In this document: piece by piece, positions 37,671 to 50,550 of the stretch | Layout: the number at the start of each line of letters is the position of its first letter | Numbering within the stretch: the stretch's first letter is position 1 | Source: Podarcis tiliguerta | Lineage: Eukaryota | NCBI GenBank assembly: GCA_965153285.1 | Contig: OZ229111.1 | Length of the DNA stretch: 64,000 nt | Strand: one strand, 5' to 3' | Translations under genes and position numbers: made by a program | The notes under the pieces: model-generated | The model's database searches: none | Seen by the model: the letters and a program-made list of their open reading frames with translations, nothing else | What the model was told of the DNA's origin: nothing

Positions 37671-40600
37671 CACTGGCTGTCTTGGAATGGGTCACTGAGT
37701 TTTTATTTGCACCACTGGGCTAATAATCATAATTTGTATTGATGTAATAAACACAGTCTCATCTGCTTCAATTACAGGAGGCTGTTGAAGTAGCATTTCT
37801 TAATTAAAGGGTTCAGCTCACCTTCAGCTTCTGTTTGTTTTGACAACCGTAGTACTGAACAACTCGATGCACCCATGAGCTTGAGGAACACTGTAGCTTA
37901 GATCTAGGTTTGCTATGTTATTACCATCTGCTTGTTGGACTCTGAGGGCACTTAAGGGTCAGACACCTGTAATTTCTGGCTATGTGCTGATTTGGATGTC
38001 TACCAGGAAACTGTGTGTTGAAAATAACAACAGCCCTACAAATATTTCAATAGGTGCATGGAAAAGAATAATAATTTGCCATCACACTTGCTCGCAACCC
38101 TACGCTAACTCAGCTACTCTCACCCAAGCAACATACATCAATATTGGCATGAACCATGTCAGAGATGTTGCAAGTTAGACCTATAAGAAAATGTTGACAT
38201 GCGGCCTGCTTCTGGTTAGGTTTTCAGCTGCTCCTAACCTCCATGGTCAGACACAGGATATTGCCATCGAGCCTTGCTTGCTTATATAATTGCCCAGTTT
38301 TTAAGGCAGAGTGCTGTAGCAGTGATCTGGTATAGCAAAAACCCTTGTTCTTTGTGATTACCAGTAGCAGAAAGATCCAGGAAACACTTTACAAAACAAG
38401 TTTTAATTTTCAGGAAATGAAAAGCTTAGTTATGACAGTTTTATAATACTTTTTATTGTTGAGGTTGTTTATTTACCCTGGTTGCATTCTTTGATAACAT
38501 GTAGTATTTACAGAATTAAACCAGCTTGCTTTAGCTTAACTAAACATATTGTGAGATTATTCCACATTACATATGTGGGTAGCGGTAAATTCCTCCTCCT
38601 GGGAAAGGGTGTAATTTCTAAGGCAGTAGAAGGCTGCACAAAACCTATTATTACTCTCCTAATTAGGCTTGTTATGAATCTGTATTTTATTTCACTTCTG
38701 GCAGCGAGGCCTGTGACAATGGTTGGCGGTGTGATATTACGGAATGACTGTGAACAATCAGTATGTGATGAACAAAGTTGTCAGCAACAAAACACAACGC
38801 AGCTTCTGAGAGAAGGGGTAGGTGTTGGTTTGGCATTAAAACCTCATGCAGATACAAAACGATAAGGGCAGGAAAGCTGTCTAGGGTTAGGAACTAGGGC
38901 TGTATTTAAAATGATCAGGGAACAAAGTTTTGAACTGAGTTTCTTTGCGGGGGAAGGAGGTTGCTTCAGTACTCCTGAACTTTCTGCACTGTTAAAAAAA
39001 GTAACAATAACAGAACTTATTACAATGGATTCTCTTTATAGACAAACTGTTGGAGACAGAATCCTTAACATTGTGCCATTTAAAAAATCATAATTTCATA
39101 GCCTTGGATGAAATGCTTTCCACTCAAGGCTTTCACTCCACAACAGCCATGCTTGGTCCACTCACATTTTGCAGGACATCCACAATGTGCACCCAGTTGT
39201 GGACCATCTGTGTTTTCTCTGTGGCTCTTCCATCTTTTCGCAGACCAGAGTGTCCAACTTTTAAAAAAGAGTCAGGGTAGCACTCTTTCCGCAGGTGTAT
39301 GTGTTCAGTTGCCTCCTAACCTGAGAATGTTGATTTCCACAGGGAAGGGGCATTGAAGTCAGACAGCTGCCATAGACATTGTATCTTGGTAGGTGCCATT
39401 AAAAGGATTGCAGAGGGGGAGAATCAGGGTAACAGTTTTCCACACTGCACTGGAAAGAATAGGAGCTGTGCACAAACAGCATACGCTGCAGCTCAGTAGC
39501 CTTCTTGAAGATGCAGAAGGCAGTGCTGGAGTGCCAGAACCACTCCACAAAAATGTAGCTTTAAGGAAGTGCAAAAGACAGAGTGGAAGATCCCTGCTTC
39601 ATCTCTATGTGAGAGAGCAGGTGGGGGTCCAGAGAAATCTCTTTTCCCTTCATGCTTAAACTGCCCGGCTCAAATAATGATTACTGTGATGGATGCAGTG
39701 AGAGCAGCAAGTTCCTGACCTCTACTAAGCAACTTAAATGAGCTTCCAGAGCCATGTCCCTCAGCAGACACACAAGTACTAGGGTCTGTGGTTTTTATGC
39801 TTAGACATGAGCAGCATCCAAACTAGACAAGTGGGATTCATATTCCATTCAGGGCAGTTGCCTCCCAAGGAGGAAAAACCCATTACTAGCCTAAAAGGAG
39901 AGTTGGCCATGAATTTCTCTTTCTCTTCTCTCCTGTATTTCCCCCTGTCTCCAAAGATTTTTCTGACTTAACTCAATTCTCCGGTTGATCTTACTAGACT
40001 ATATTTTTGGTCCATTCTTTGGATCCTAGAAGATTATTCAGGGGGTGACGAGTTTGGCGGGGTGGGAGGATATCTCTGAAATGTCTGAGAGGGAGCTGTC
40101 AGCTATCTTGCTTAGCCTTATAATATGGCAAAGTGATTTCCTTCACCTCCACCATGCTTTTTTTTGGTCTTAATTTAAAAAGGTTCCACTCTGTGTACAG
40201 GGCTCTCTTTCTGCTGGCCACACTTCCTGGCAGGCCACAATATGTTAAGGGGCAACTAGGCCCAGAAAAATTCAGAGAAATTTCTCTCCTACCCCCCCCC
40301 CCCAAGAAAGAAACAGAATATCTCTCATTGTCCTTATTTTGAGGAAGCTGGTGTGTGGAGGAGGGGTTGTCAAGTCCTGCTAGATACACGTGTTCGAAAA
40401 ATTACTTGTCAGTGTTATCTTTAATGTTCCTTTTCTTAGAATAAATTAGGAAATAAAATAATAATATATAAAACTGGGAAATAATCTAGAAAGACTCTGT
40501 AAATTTATGGAAGATCAGGAGGCTGAGTGCTGTTGGCCAAGATGGAAAGTTAGATTGACCACAATGAGCAAGTTCAAATCTAATGCTGGAATCACCAACA

Positions 40601-41266
40601 TTGATAAAAACCTACAAATGAAATGTGAGCTACTGAGACAGATTTTCTCTTGAGGGTATTTTCCTGAGGAACAAAGACTGTGGCACTTTTAAATCCCATC
40701 AGGTGATGGTATACTTTCACTCAGCAAGCAAAACAATCAAAATGGCTATTTCCCCCAGGAATATAAACGTGTGTTCTTTCCCACCCACCCACTTTTTGAG
40801 TGGGTAAGCCACTACGAAAGCAGTTTTTCTTTTCTTCCCGCTTGTCAGCAAATATGCAAAGAGCTGGTTTTTAACACATTCTGAAAGAGCTGGCTATCCG
40901 CCCTCTCTTCATAGCCTCCTGAAGCATCTGGGCGCTTTCACTGTGCCCTTTTCAGCAGACACCTTGTGTCATTGGAAATGCCTAGTTCCAGCCTAAGACT
41001 GCAAATGTTAGGGTGGGCTTGATTATTTGGTTCACATAAGCATATGAGTTTTGAACATTTCTTTTTCTGAGCAAGTCAGTATCTTCACTTTGTACTTATG
41101 GCCTCATCCTCCCACACCCAAAGAGGTGAGATCCAACCTGTTTGTCTGTTGGAGTAAAAAGAGTTATGAATGTATTCTTGAAAAACACAGCTGTTCCTCA
41201 CAGGAACTTAACTAGGACGGTGCCAGTTGGGTGCTTGTGAATGACTCTGAATCTAATCTCTGGGGA

Positions 41267-41599
41267 CAGGACTGGCCCAATACATTTTGACACCTGAGGC
41301 AAACCACAAAATGGCATCCCCCTCTGCCAGGGAAGAAGTGGTGGGTGAAAACCTACATCAGGAAGAAGGGTGGGAAGAAACCAGCAGCACCTCCTATTCA
41401 CCAAGAGGCCACTGTAGAGCCGCCAGGGGTGGGGGGCAACGAGGAAGTGGCAGATTCAGCCGCCAAGGAGTGTGCTACAGCTGTTGTGGCAGCAACAGAA
41501 GCAGGCAATGCATTCCTTGGAGCCTACATCTGCTGCCTCCCATGGATCCTGCCACCTGAGGCAGTTGCCTCACATTACCTCATGGCAGGGCCAGCCCTT
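41267..41599. mobile_element. Non-autonomous hAT DNA transposon
   Basis: CAGGACTGGCCC...GGGCCAGCCCTT termini, CACCTGAGGCA subterminal motifs at both ends, 7/8 TSD match TCTGGGGA / TCTGGGAA. Confidence 0.7.
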
Positions 41600-41658
41600 T
41601 CTGGGAAAGACACTGGTATCAATTGAAGCACATCGTCAAGAGGTTCTAAAGAATTAGA

Positions 41659-41798
41659 TCAGGGATAGCCAGCATAGTGCTCTTCCAGTTGTTGTTGGGC
41701 TCCATTTCCCATCTGCTCCACCCAGCTTGGCCCATGATCAGGGAGAATGAGAGTTATAGCTGAACAATAACTGGAGGGCACTATGTTGACTACTTTTG
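41659..41798. mobile_element. Degraded hAT-type MITE
   Basis: CAGGGATAGCCAGCATAGTGCTCTTCCAGTTGTTGTT...AACAATAACTGGAGGGCACTATGTTGACTA inverted ends. Confidence 0.6.
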
Positions 41799-43942
41799 GA
41801 CTAGTTCCTGTTCACAGCCTGCTGCTATATAACAGCCGGGAGTTGCCTTGAGCACAAGGGGAAATGTGCTGTTGGGTGACTCAGCACCAGAACCACAAAC
41901 TAGTAATTACTGGTGATCAGTGGAAACTTCCCCCCCACTGAACTCTGTAGAGACGTGGGTGGGTTGTGCACCATTAAGGGACTGCAGACTCACAGAATGT
42001 CCTCCATCTTATTGCTTTGATGGAGTTAAGTGAGCACAAGAAATAACAGAAACCAGAAGTGGTAGTCGTCAGAGCTTGATCGTGTTGCTATTTCCCAAAG
42101 AGAGCTTTCTGTGATGATTCATGCTCAACAGGAGGTTGTGAGCTCTGAGAAATTCTCATAAAAACTTCTGTATTTGAAATCAGCTTCATGCTATAACTAA
42201 TACTGCATCAAACTATCTGTGATGACACAAAGTATGTGGAATTGACAGAAGTGTATTCTAATGCTTATGGGGTTTTGTTATGCTGCAGCAATTTAGAGCT
42301 ATGGGAAGATTGTCTCATTTTTAAAATAAAGCAACTCCGGAAAGAACTATTTCTATTGTCGATTGCTGAAATGTCTCAAGACTGTAGAGTAACAGCCGTA
42401 ATTCCATAGCTATTTCCGTTTCTGGGATAAAGTAAGGCAAGATAAACTACCAAGTAATCTCTGACCCTCGGAAAAGCAGATTTAATGACTGCATTAGGTA
42501 ATGGGGAAAAAGTAGATGAATAAAAGACCACGCAAAATAGCCCTTTGAACCATCACAGTTTTGACTGTGTCCTGTATGTGATGCTAAAGTTACTGCTTCC
42601 TAAAATTCTATCTTGGTACTACTTCTTAGAATTGTGAGCAAGACTTTAAAAAAAGCTGAATTTAGCTAACTTTCCCTGTAATTATTGGCTCCTGGCTTTA
42701 TTTTTAAATCTAAAAAAATAGATTGTACTTTGTTTTTAAAAAATTACCTGACTCTATGTCCCATGGATCTGAGTACTCCTCCCTTCTAGTCTTCTCCCTC
42801 AACATCCTATTATCAATAATGCATCATTATGTCTGAATCCTGGATTTCAATCTCAAGTCTGAGGTCAACTGTGGTCATGCATACAGAGATTTGCTTCCCT
42901 GTGCATACACACAGCTTTTTAATTTTTGGGGTGGAGAGGCCTTATGCCTAAGACTGAGCTAGAGAAGAAACTGTGAGAGGAAGCTGTTGCAGAATGATTC
43001 TTCACGCTTCTCTTTTGTCCAGTTTTTAAAGCCCATGTGGCTAAATTATTTCTGACAATTTTTGAAAGTTGTTCTTAGTCTCCTATGAGTCACATACTTC
43101 AGCAGGTCCACACATTCCACAGTACACTGTGCAAAAAACACTAGTCTCAGGCTGCTCTGGTTCAAAAGGAGGAGGGGGGAGAGAGAGATTTATTAAAAGC
43201 AGTACATTTTTATTTCCTCTACTCTGTCACAACAAAGTAAGACTTAATATTAATTATGTCTGTTCTTCTGCTTCCTTTTTTTCTGCCAAAGGTTTACTGA
43301 AAGGTTCAGTAAACTTTCAGCAGCGGAAGAAGATGAGGATATTTAATAAAGGTTTGCTTTCTTATAACAGAGCAGAGGAAGTCAAAGCGTACATTTTCTT
43401 TTCATAATAAATGTGTCTTTCTCTTCTCCAAAACCTCGTACATCATAGAACTTGGGACTACAGGTAAAAAGAGAGCTCTCAGATAACTTGGCAGCGGAGG
43501 GTTGAGATTAGGTTAAAACATCCTGGAATTCAGTTTTTAAAAGATTAAAGCATGATTGAACCTGAGATCTTCTGCACACAAAGCACATGGGTAGTTCCCT
43601 TTTATGCTTCTTCCTGCTTGGATGGCTGTCTCCAGAGGGTACTTGGGGTTGTTCGGCTCCATGCTGCTTTCAATGTGGGGTTGCCACAGGGCTCAGTGCT
43701 GTTCAACATTTACATGAAGCCACTATAGGGCTTTGTTGTGCATTTTTTTACCCTTCTAATTGTATTGCTGTGTTTTTAGGCTTCTATTGTTTTTAATTTT
43801 GTTTTAATGTGAGTCACTTCAAGTTATTTGGTAAGAAAAGCACCATCAGCATCAGCATAAAAATAATTGTTAGCAGTATGTTAAGGATATGTGGCTCTGT
43901 TTCTCCTTTACACCTGCAGTTGTGGCACTGGATATGCTAGGC

Positions 43943-44078
43943 CATGCATAGGCAAACTCAGCCCTCTGGATGTTTTGAGACTACAATTCCCATCATCCCT
44001 TACCACTGGTTCTGTTAGCTAGGGATGGTGGGAGTTGTAGTCCCAAAACATCTGGAGGACTGAGTTTGCCTATGCCTG
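43943..44078. mobile_element. Intact hAT-type MITE, same family as 34184
   Basis: CATGCATAGGCAAACTC...GAGTTTGCCTATGCCTG; perfect 8-bp TSD TGCTAGGC at 43935-43942 and 44079-44086. Confidence 0.92.
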
Positions 44079-44086
44079 TGCTAGGC

Positions 44087-44230
44087 CAATGTTTGGCATC
44101 GGTAATGAACTGGATGAGAGCCAATAAACTGAATCCTTATCCGGATAAGACTGAGGTGCTGTTAGTGGGTGATTCCCTTGGATGGGGTTAGACTCCCTCT
44201 GAAGGAGCAGATGAGCCATGTTCCTGGATG
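44087..44230 (+). mobile_element. L2 LINE RT fragment
   Basis: Frameshifted WMRANKL-NP-DKTEVL motif characteristic of L2/CR1 ORF2. Confidence 0.65.
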
Positions 44231-45861
44231 TACTGTACAAGTCTTAAAGTGCCTGATGTTCACTAACTAATGATTGTGTCAAATCAGCTGCTTCCAGCAA
44301 CTACTTCTACATATAAACCTTCCAGTGTGATCTACTGACTGGTCATAAAAAACAGAGGCTATTCTCAACAGGGCTTGCTTCCCACCTGTGCCCTAAAATG
44401 ATAGAGAAACAGATGCTTCACAGCATGCAATAACAAACATAGTCATCCTAATCTCTCTGCTTTGTGTTCTTATGATGCAATTGTGAATTATGTTGTTTGC
44501 ATTTGTAATTATAGAGCTGAACAGATGGTGGAAGGCTTATTTCAAGGCAACACATCTACTAAAATAGCCTAGTCTGGGCTCCTAAGCAATTGCTAACTGT
44601 AAGCCTGAATCATTAGAATTGGGGATTATTTACTTTCTCTTTTTCATATAACCAAGGGAAAGAGGGTTTAGCGAGATGGGAAGTGTGAAAAACAGTGGAT
44701 GTTATTTAAAATTGCAGCAGCCAGGTGGAACTGATTTCTACAGTTGTATATTTGTACCTTAAGAAAATGTGAGCCAAGAAGATTATCGAGCCATAATACT
44801 TGACACCAACTTTTTTCTAGATTTCTTTTTTAAATTATACCTTGCACCTTCTGTCCCATAAGTTTCCCCAGGGCCCCAGTTCGAATTCAGAAGTGGGGTA
44901 GGAGACTATCTAGTTAAAACTTGAAGTATCCTTAGTTAAGTTTTTACCTACAGGTTAGCAGAAAGTACCCATATGCCTTTAAGCCATTCCCTTCCTCTCT
45001 TGTTTAACTCATAAGTGATGTAGCTGTGTGACCTGTCCTGTTTGGATGCTTTTCTCTACAACCACCCAAAAATAGAGGATCAACACTGCACTGCTTCCAT
45101 CTTGGTTTGTGTACTGATAGCAGAAAGAGGTGTCTAAATTAAGCCTGATGGCTACCTCCTTCCCAATAGAAAATCAGCATGTGATGATGTGTTGGGGCAG
45201 TTGTAGGACTCTGGGCTTAATTTGAGCCTCTTTGCACAACAAATGGCCATCATATTTCAGTACTGCCCCAGCCAGACTGGGCAGTGCACCAGAGAGCTTG
45301 TATCAGCCTCCCAAAATGTGGCATACCAAGCAGTATGGCCTGTAAAAGGTGCTGCTACTAGATTTTGGAACTGACCAGGTTGCAAGGACAATATTATTAA
45401 GGTGGGTTCCCTTATGCAACCTGGTCAGTTCCAAAATCTAGTAGCAGCACCTTTTACAGGCCAACTCGGTTCCAAGTTGTCTATATAGGAGAGAGTGGAA
45501 ATTTGTGTTTGTACTAAATAGGATAAAGATTTTTGCTAATCTGTACAGCTAACTGCGTCTGATAATTGTGTATCCAAATGATGCAGGAAATAGAAATAGT
45601 TGGCTTTCCTTTTAGTCACTACATTTCAAATTAAAGCATTCTCCACAGCCAAGTAGTTTAGTGCACATGTTCTTAGGTCACATCCACATGATACATTTAA
45701 AGCACTCTTATATCCTTTTAACCAGTCATGGCTCCCCCCCCCAAAAAAGTAACTTATTAAGAGACACCCTGCTTAGGCATTTCAGAAAGGCTCTCCCCGC
45801 CCCTGGCATTCCTTGCACTTGTTCTAATGTGGTCTTTCCCTCCCTCCCTCCTTTTCTGTAG

Positions 45862-45949
45862 GTATACAGTCTTGTACAATGGGCAGCCCCAGGAACATGA
45901 CAAGCTTCCGATCCATAATGACCCAGAATCCCAAGAGTCCTGCTTCTGA
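45862..45949 (+). CDS. HTR4: HTR4 isoform-a terminal coding exon
   Basis: Branch-like TTCTAAT at 45822-45828, pyrimidine tract and TAG acceptor at 45859-45861. Phase-2 translation (R)YTVLYNGQPQEHDKLPIHNDPESQESCF* matches the remembered human 5-HT4(a) tail RYTVLHRGHHQELEKLPIHNDPESLESCF, including the PDZ ligand SCF. Confidence 0.95.
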
Positions 45950-48900
45950 CTAAGGTCCCAGAATGTGATCTGCCATGCAGGACAGTTGCAAGATGATGGT
46001 GCACCAGGAACCTATTGCCAGATCAATGTTGTCTGCATTGCCATAGTGCTCTCCTGTACTGATTTGACATCAGCAGCAACAGCAAGGATGTGCTCACCAA
46101 CCGGAAGGATTAGGCAGTCTGCAGAGAGGAGGAAGGAGGTCCTTTTTTTGTTGCTGCAGAGTGATGCCTGGAAAAGTCATAGTGCTTTGCATGTGATGCG
46201 CAAACAGTAAGCAACATGCTTGATGGTTCTTGCATTTGCTTCAACAGATGTGTCCGTACACATCTCTCCGTCTCTGTCTCTCTTTTGTATTGCTATGTGG
46301 CAACAATATGAATCTTCTCCCAGAATTTGACTTGAAGTGCTAATATCAAACCACACTTTTGCTTAACCAAAAAGAAACAAGGAATTGATACTATTTTTCT
46401 CAGCTGTTTTTAATTGTGAGCTTTTACTCAAGAAATGTACTCCCCCAGCTGTGCAAGAAGAAAAGTGGCAGTCACGCTATGCATGTTCCCCCACCCTGGT
46501 ATGTCTCCTGGCCAAAATATGTTGAGGAGCACGATTAGCCCAAAGAGAACTACGTTGTGGCCTAGGGATATGGAACTGATTGTGGTATGAAGTCCTGCAG
46601 CTCCCACCAAACTGATCTACGATGAACAGTCACAGATTCTATCACTAAGATGTCTCCATCTTCCCCCTCGCACGTTGTCAATGAGATCTTCATCTGGACA
46701 AACTTTGGGCAGTGCTGCTACAAAGAAAGAATGGGCCAGGAGGCAGAACCCTTAAGAAAGGAATAACTCACCTGTAATAGTTCACTAAGTGCCATCTTGA
46801 CGTGCGTGTACATTCGACCACCCTTTATAGCTGAAGAATGTGTTTGGAAAACTGATTGTCTCATTTACTTGCCCCATTTTGCCAAAAGCTGGCTCTGTGG
46901 CTCAGGGACTGTGTGTGATGGACCAGTAGCTACTTGTGTGTCTTAGGGTTTATCAGTATTTGCTGATGACCCCAGGCAGTAACAGGAGCAGAGCCCTCAA
47001 TTAGGGAATAGGCAGGCACCCAGGTGCATGATGTAAGACAGGGAAGAAGGCACTAGAGGCAGTTGCAGTGCCAACAGCTCCTGCTTATGTGAGAAGGGTG
47101 GAACAAGTAAATATGCCTTCTGGAATGGCCATCTTGGTAGGAGACAGGTTGTTCAGAATGATGAGGAAGTCCCAGGACTAAGGCTCTATTGAGCTAGGCA
47201 AAGATTCATTGGCTCCCTAGGCTGGGACAGCTGCCTGAGTGCTGTGTCAGCTGGTGGGACCTGTAATGCTGTTTATGTGGTACCCACAACTCCTTCAGTA
47301 GAGATGCTGCCTTGGTAGCAAGATGTTGGAGCCTGCTGGAGGTCCTGGTTTGAGACCCCTAGCACCTTTGCAGGGTTTTTTTCTTTTCTAATGCTTTATT
47401 GGAACTTCAGATATTTTCCCTGTCCCTCAAAAGGATGTCAGCCATGCTTATGTCAGCAGTTTCCTGCATGCAGATGTTACTGCCTTCCTTATTAGTGGTA
47501 GCTCCGCTTTTCTTTGCATGTTATGTTTATCAGCTTTGCTGTAGACCGAAGGACTCTGGGAGTTTGATTTTCACATCATGAGAAATGTGCAGATCCAAGC
47601 ATGGATCTGTATTCTCCTTCACTGAAGATCTAACCTAAAGATGACAACCTTGCTCTGGACAACAGGTATTTTGTTACATTGTGTAATTATGTACAGATTT
47701 TTTTTTTAAAGTGTATAGGAGAAAAACATTATTTATTATTATTTTAAGGGGATTTTTATTTTCCCATGGACGTCTTCTGAGTTTAGGAGCTAAAACATTT
47801 TCATTAGTCTTTTGTTTTTGTTTTTTTATTTAAAAAACAGTTTTATTTTTCTGTTGCCATGTGACAGCTATTCACTGTTTTAAAAGAAGAAGGAAAAGAC
47901 AGATTTTATAACAAAACAAATGCAATTCAAAGGACATTTCATTAGTCTACTCTTGTTGAGAGGATGAGTCTATGGCTTTTTACCCTGGTGTTGCTCTGCA
48001 GACTCTTGTTGCTTGTGCAGCTGGCCCCAAACTATGGGGATTTAGAGTGCTATTTTAGTGTGCCCAGTCTCTGCTGTACACATGTGCAAAGCTTACTTCA
48101 TTCTGCTGGGTAGGCTCTAACTAGCCTGTGCAACTAGCTTTACAGATTAGCGTAACCCAGCTGGGGGTGGGGAGAAATCCTTTGGATATTTTGCATGCTC
48201 GCTGTTGTGCGCTGCCATACCCAAAGGGAAGTGAGCAGGGGCATGAGCTTTATGAACCCTGGAGAAAACTAGACTGCATGATCTCACCAGTGTTGTAAAG
48301 CCAGAGGAGCTAAAATGGGCCACCCGTGTGGCCCTGTGTTGAGACTGAGTGATTCACTTCTTTCATACTTGTCCTGCTCCGCAGAAACTAGAGAACCTGG
48401 AACAGTGACATATCAGCTGCCAAATTTACATTTTAACCTTCCTCTCCACACCCCACACCCCACAAGGCCAGCCCATGCTGTTTTGTTTTTGAGGGGAAGC
48501 TGCCACTACCACCACATTACACATCATCCTTTGCCTGCCCCTCCACCTCTATGGGCAATTCTGGAAGTTGTCCTTTATTCTGCAGCCCTGCACCCTGTCT
48601 GTGTCAGATGACAGCCAGCAGATTGCTTTCATCAGGAAATCCAGTCATCCTCACCTTTCATTGAAATATTCTTCCTCCTCCCAACCACATGGGAGCCACT
48701 TATTCACAAGAAGCTCCTATGTGACTGGGGTAATGTTGAAATGACCAAACCATGTGAAGAGGCGATACTCGCTTGCATCTTTCTCATGGAATGAGCACCA
48801 TTCCAGGAGCAGGTATAGATTCCAGGAGAAAGACCTACCCAAGCAGCCCTGCTTGGGGATAATGCAGCTCTTACATGGCTGCATGCAGTGCTTTTTTCTG

Positions 48901-49227
48901 GGGGTACACAGACCCCTAAACATTTTGTGAATCTAAGTTTGGCCTCATTGAGGGGCAGTATTTCAATATGAGTAGGAAAATGAGAGTCCCCTAAACATTT
49001 TTTTAAGGAAAAAGGCAATGGCTGGATGAATGTCTAAAAACTACCTATATGGTTTTTTTTAAATGTATACCATGTCCAATAATCTGAAAACCAGATTTCA
49101 TTAAAAATTGGGTGGGTCTGGGATTTGTGCCACTGAGAGCTCATATGTAAGCTTGGCTGAATTATATTATTGTGAACAAGTGCAGACTCCTTTATCTGAC
49201 ATATTTGGAGGACATGATTTCCTGTTG

Positions 49228-49233
49228 AATAAA
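49228..49233 (+). terminator. Probable HTR4(a) polyadenylation signal
   Basis: First canonical AATAAA I could find downstream of the stop at 45949; preceded by AU-rich UTR-like sequence and followed by GT/T-rich sequence. Confidence 0.55.
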
Positions 49234-50299
49234 ACAGTGTTTTATTGACAAGTGTTGGTCATTCTTCAAAACTCTTCCCAGCTATAGCAACTGTTCAGGG
49301 TGACCTGTTTCTTCTCATGGTCCATTCTCTGTAGGGCATAAACTGAAAAACAATGAATCCCAATGAAAAAGCAAATATGTTGGATGCTGTGGTGATAAAC
49401 TGAAGTGCCAGCACTGATTTTTGCAGGAGTTTGTAACAATGCCTCCTAGATTTTATGTTCCTACGTGTGATCTGTGACAAACACCCTAGCTCTTCATTTC
49501 ATGGAAATAACAGGTACCTGTTAAGATACTGTACAGAAGCACTGACTGCACCATTCTCAGTAAGCTCTGTTCATTTCTAAATCATGGTAAAAGGAAATCT
49601 AATAAATGCATTTCACAGACAGAAGACTGATGCATATAAAGCAGAAGATCTGAACAGGAGTGCAGAGGAGAGGTCAGACACTTCAATTAGAAGTTGATCA
49701 GCCCTGTCTAGAAGATGCAAAGCAATAAATGGATATGTGCTTCTCAAATGCCAGGGGTACAAGCTGATAGAGATTGCCTGGCTTATGTGAGAGTTTCAGC
49801 TAAGTGACTGCCACAGTTTTTGTGCACCAGGCGGTCAGTCTAATGGTGTGCCATAAAGCAGAATCTTTTTTTGAACTAGTATTTAGGAAGGAAAAGATGA
49901 GTAATATAATTCAGTGTTGAAATGCATGCTTTCAAAGCTATTCCTTTTGAAGGGGAATCATATACTTAAAACCTGGCACACTGTACAATTGTCAGAAGTC
50001 ATATAGAACACAGTTCCAGCAATGTTAACCATATGAAGTCCCAATGTGTGTTGATGTTGATTTTAAAGGTTCTCTGCAAATGTTTGCACTCACTCCACAA
50101 TTGGAGGTGTTGCTGCCTAACCAACCCCCTGCTGTTTGTGCCTTAGATCGTGGTGGTGATGGTTAGCTTGTCTTTGGGATCTGGTATCCATCCTTATACT
50201 TTGTTGAAATAGAGGGGTTCCATTTCTCTCTCAATATTAATGGTTGATCATTTAGCATGAACTTGTGTGGGTTGGGATTTTTTGTACACTATCAAAGCT

Positions 50300-50550
50300 A
50301 GAGCCATCCTGTGGTAATACATTGCATGAGTTAATTAAGCAATGTACTAAGAGCTTTCTTTTATCAACCTGGAGCTCATTGCCAATTAATTTCATTGAGA
50401 GAGCTAAAACGTGTAGCCTTAAGAGAAAGCCCATTCAGTCTATCCACTTCCCATCACTATTGATGATTGTTTTCTTCCTTTTAGTTGTCTTTTTCTAAAC
50501 TGAAAGTACCAACCTCTTTGGCTCTTCTTCATAAGGGTGGTGTCCTCACC
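50300..50550 (-). mobile_element. Degraded CR1 LINE fragment
   Basis: TTTTCTAAACTGAAA...CTCTTCTTCATAAGG and TTAATTTCATTG blocks resemble the antisense of the CR1 ORF2 3' region. Confidence 0.45.

Noticed and set aside
39690-39730. GGATGCAGTG resembling the start of the 5-HT4(b) exon (DAV)
   Set aside because: No AG acceptor or pyrimidine tract before it, and the downstream peptide does not match.
40849-40996. Pyrimidine tract and CAG followed by an open phase-2 frame (SKYAKSWF...CLVPA*)
   Set aside because: No similarity to known 5-HT4 tails and no other support; such frames arise by chance.
45726-46004. 92-aa antisense ORF over HTR4 exon a
   Set aside because: Shadow ORF with no recognisable homology or splice structure.
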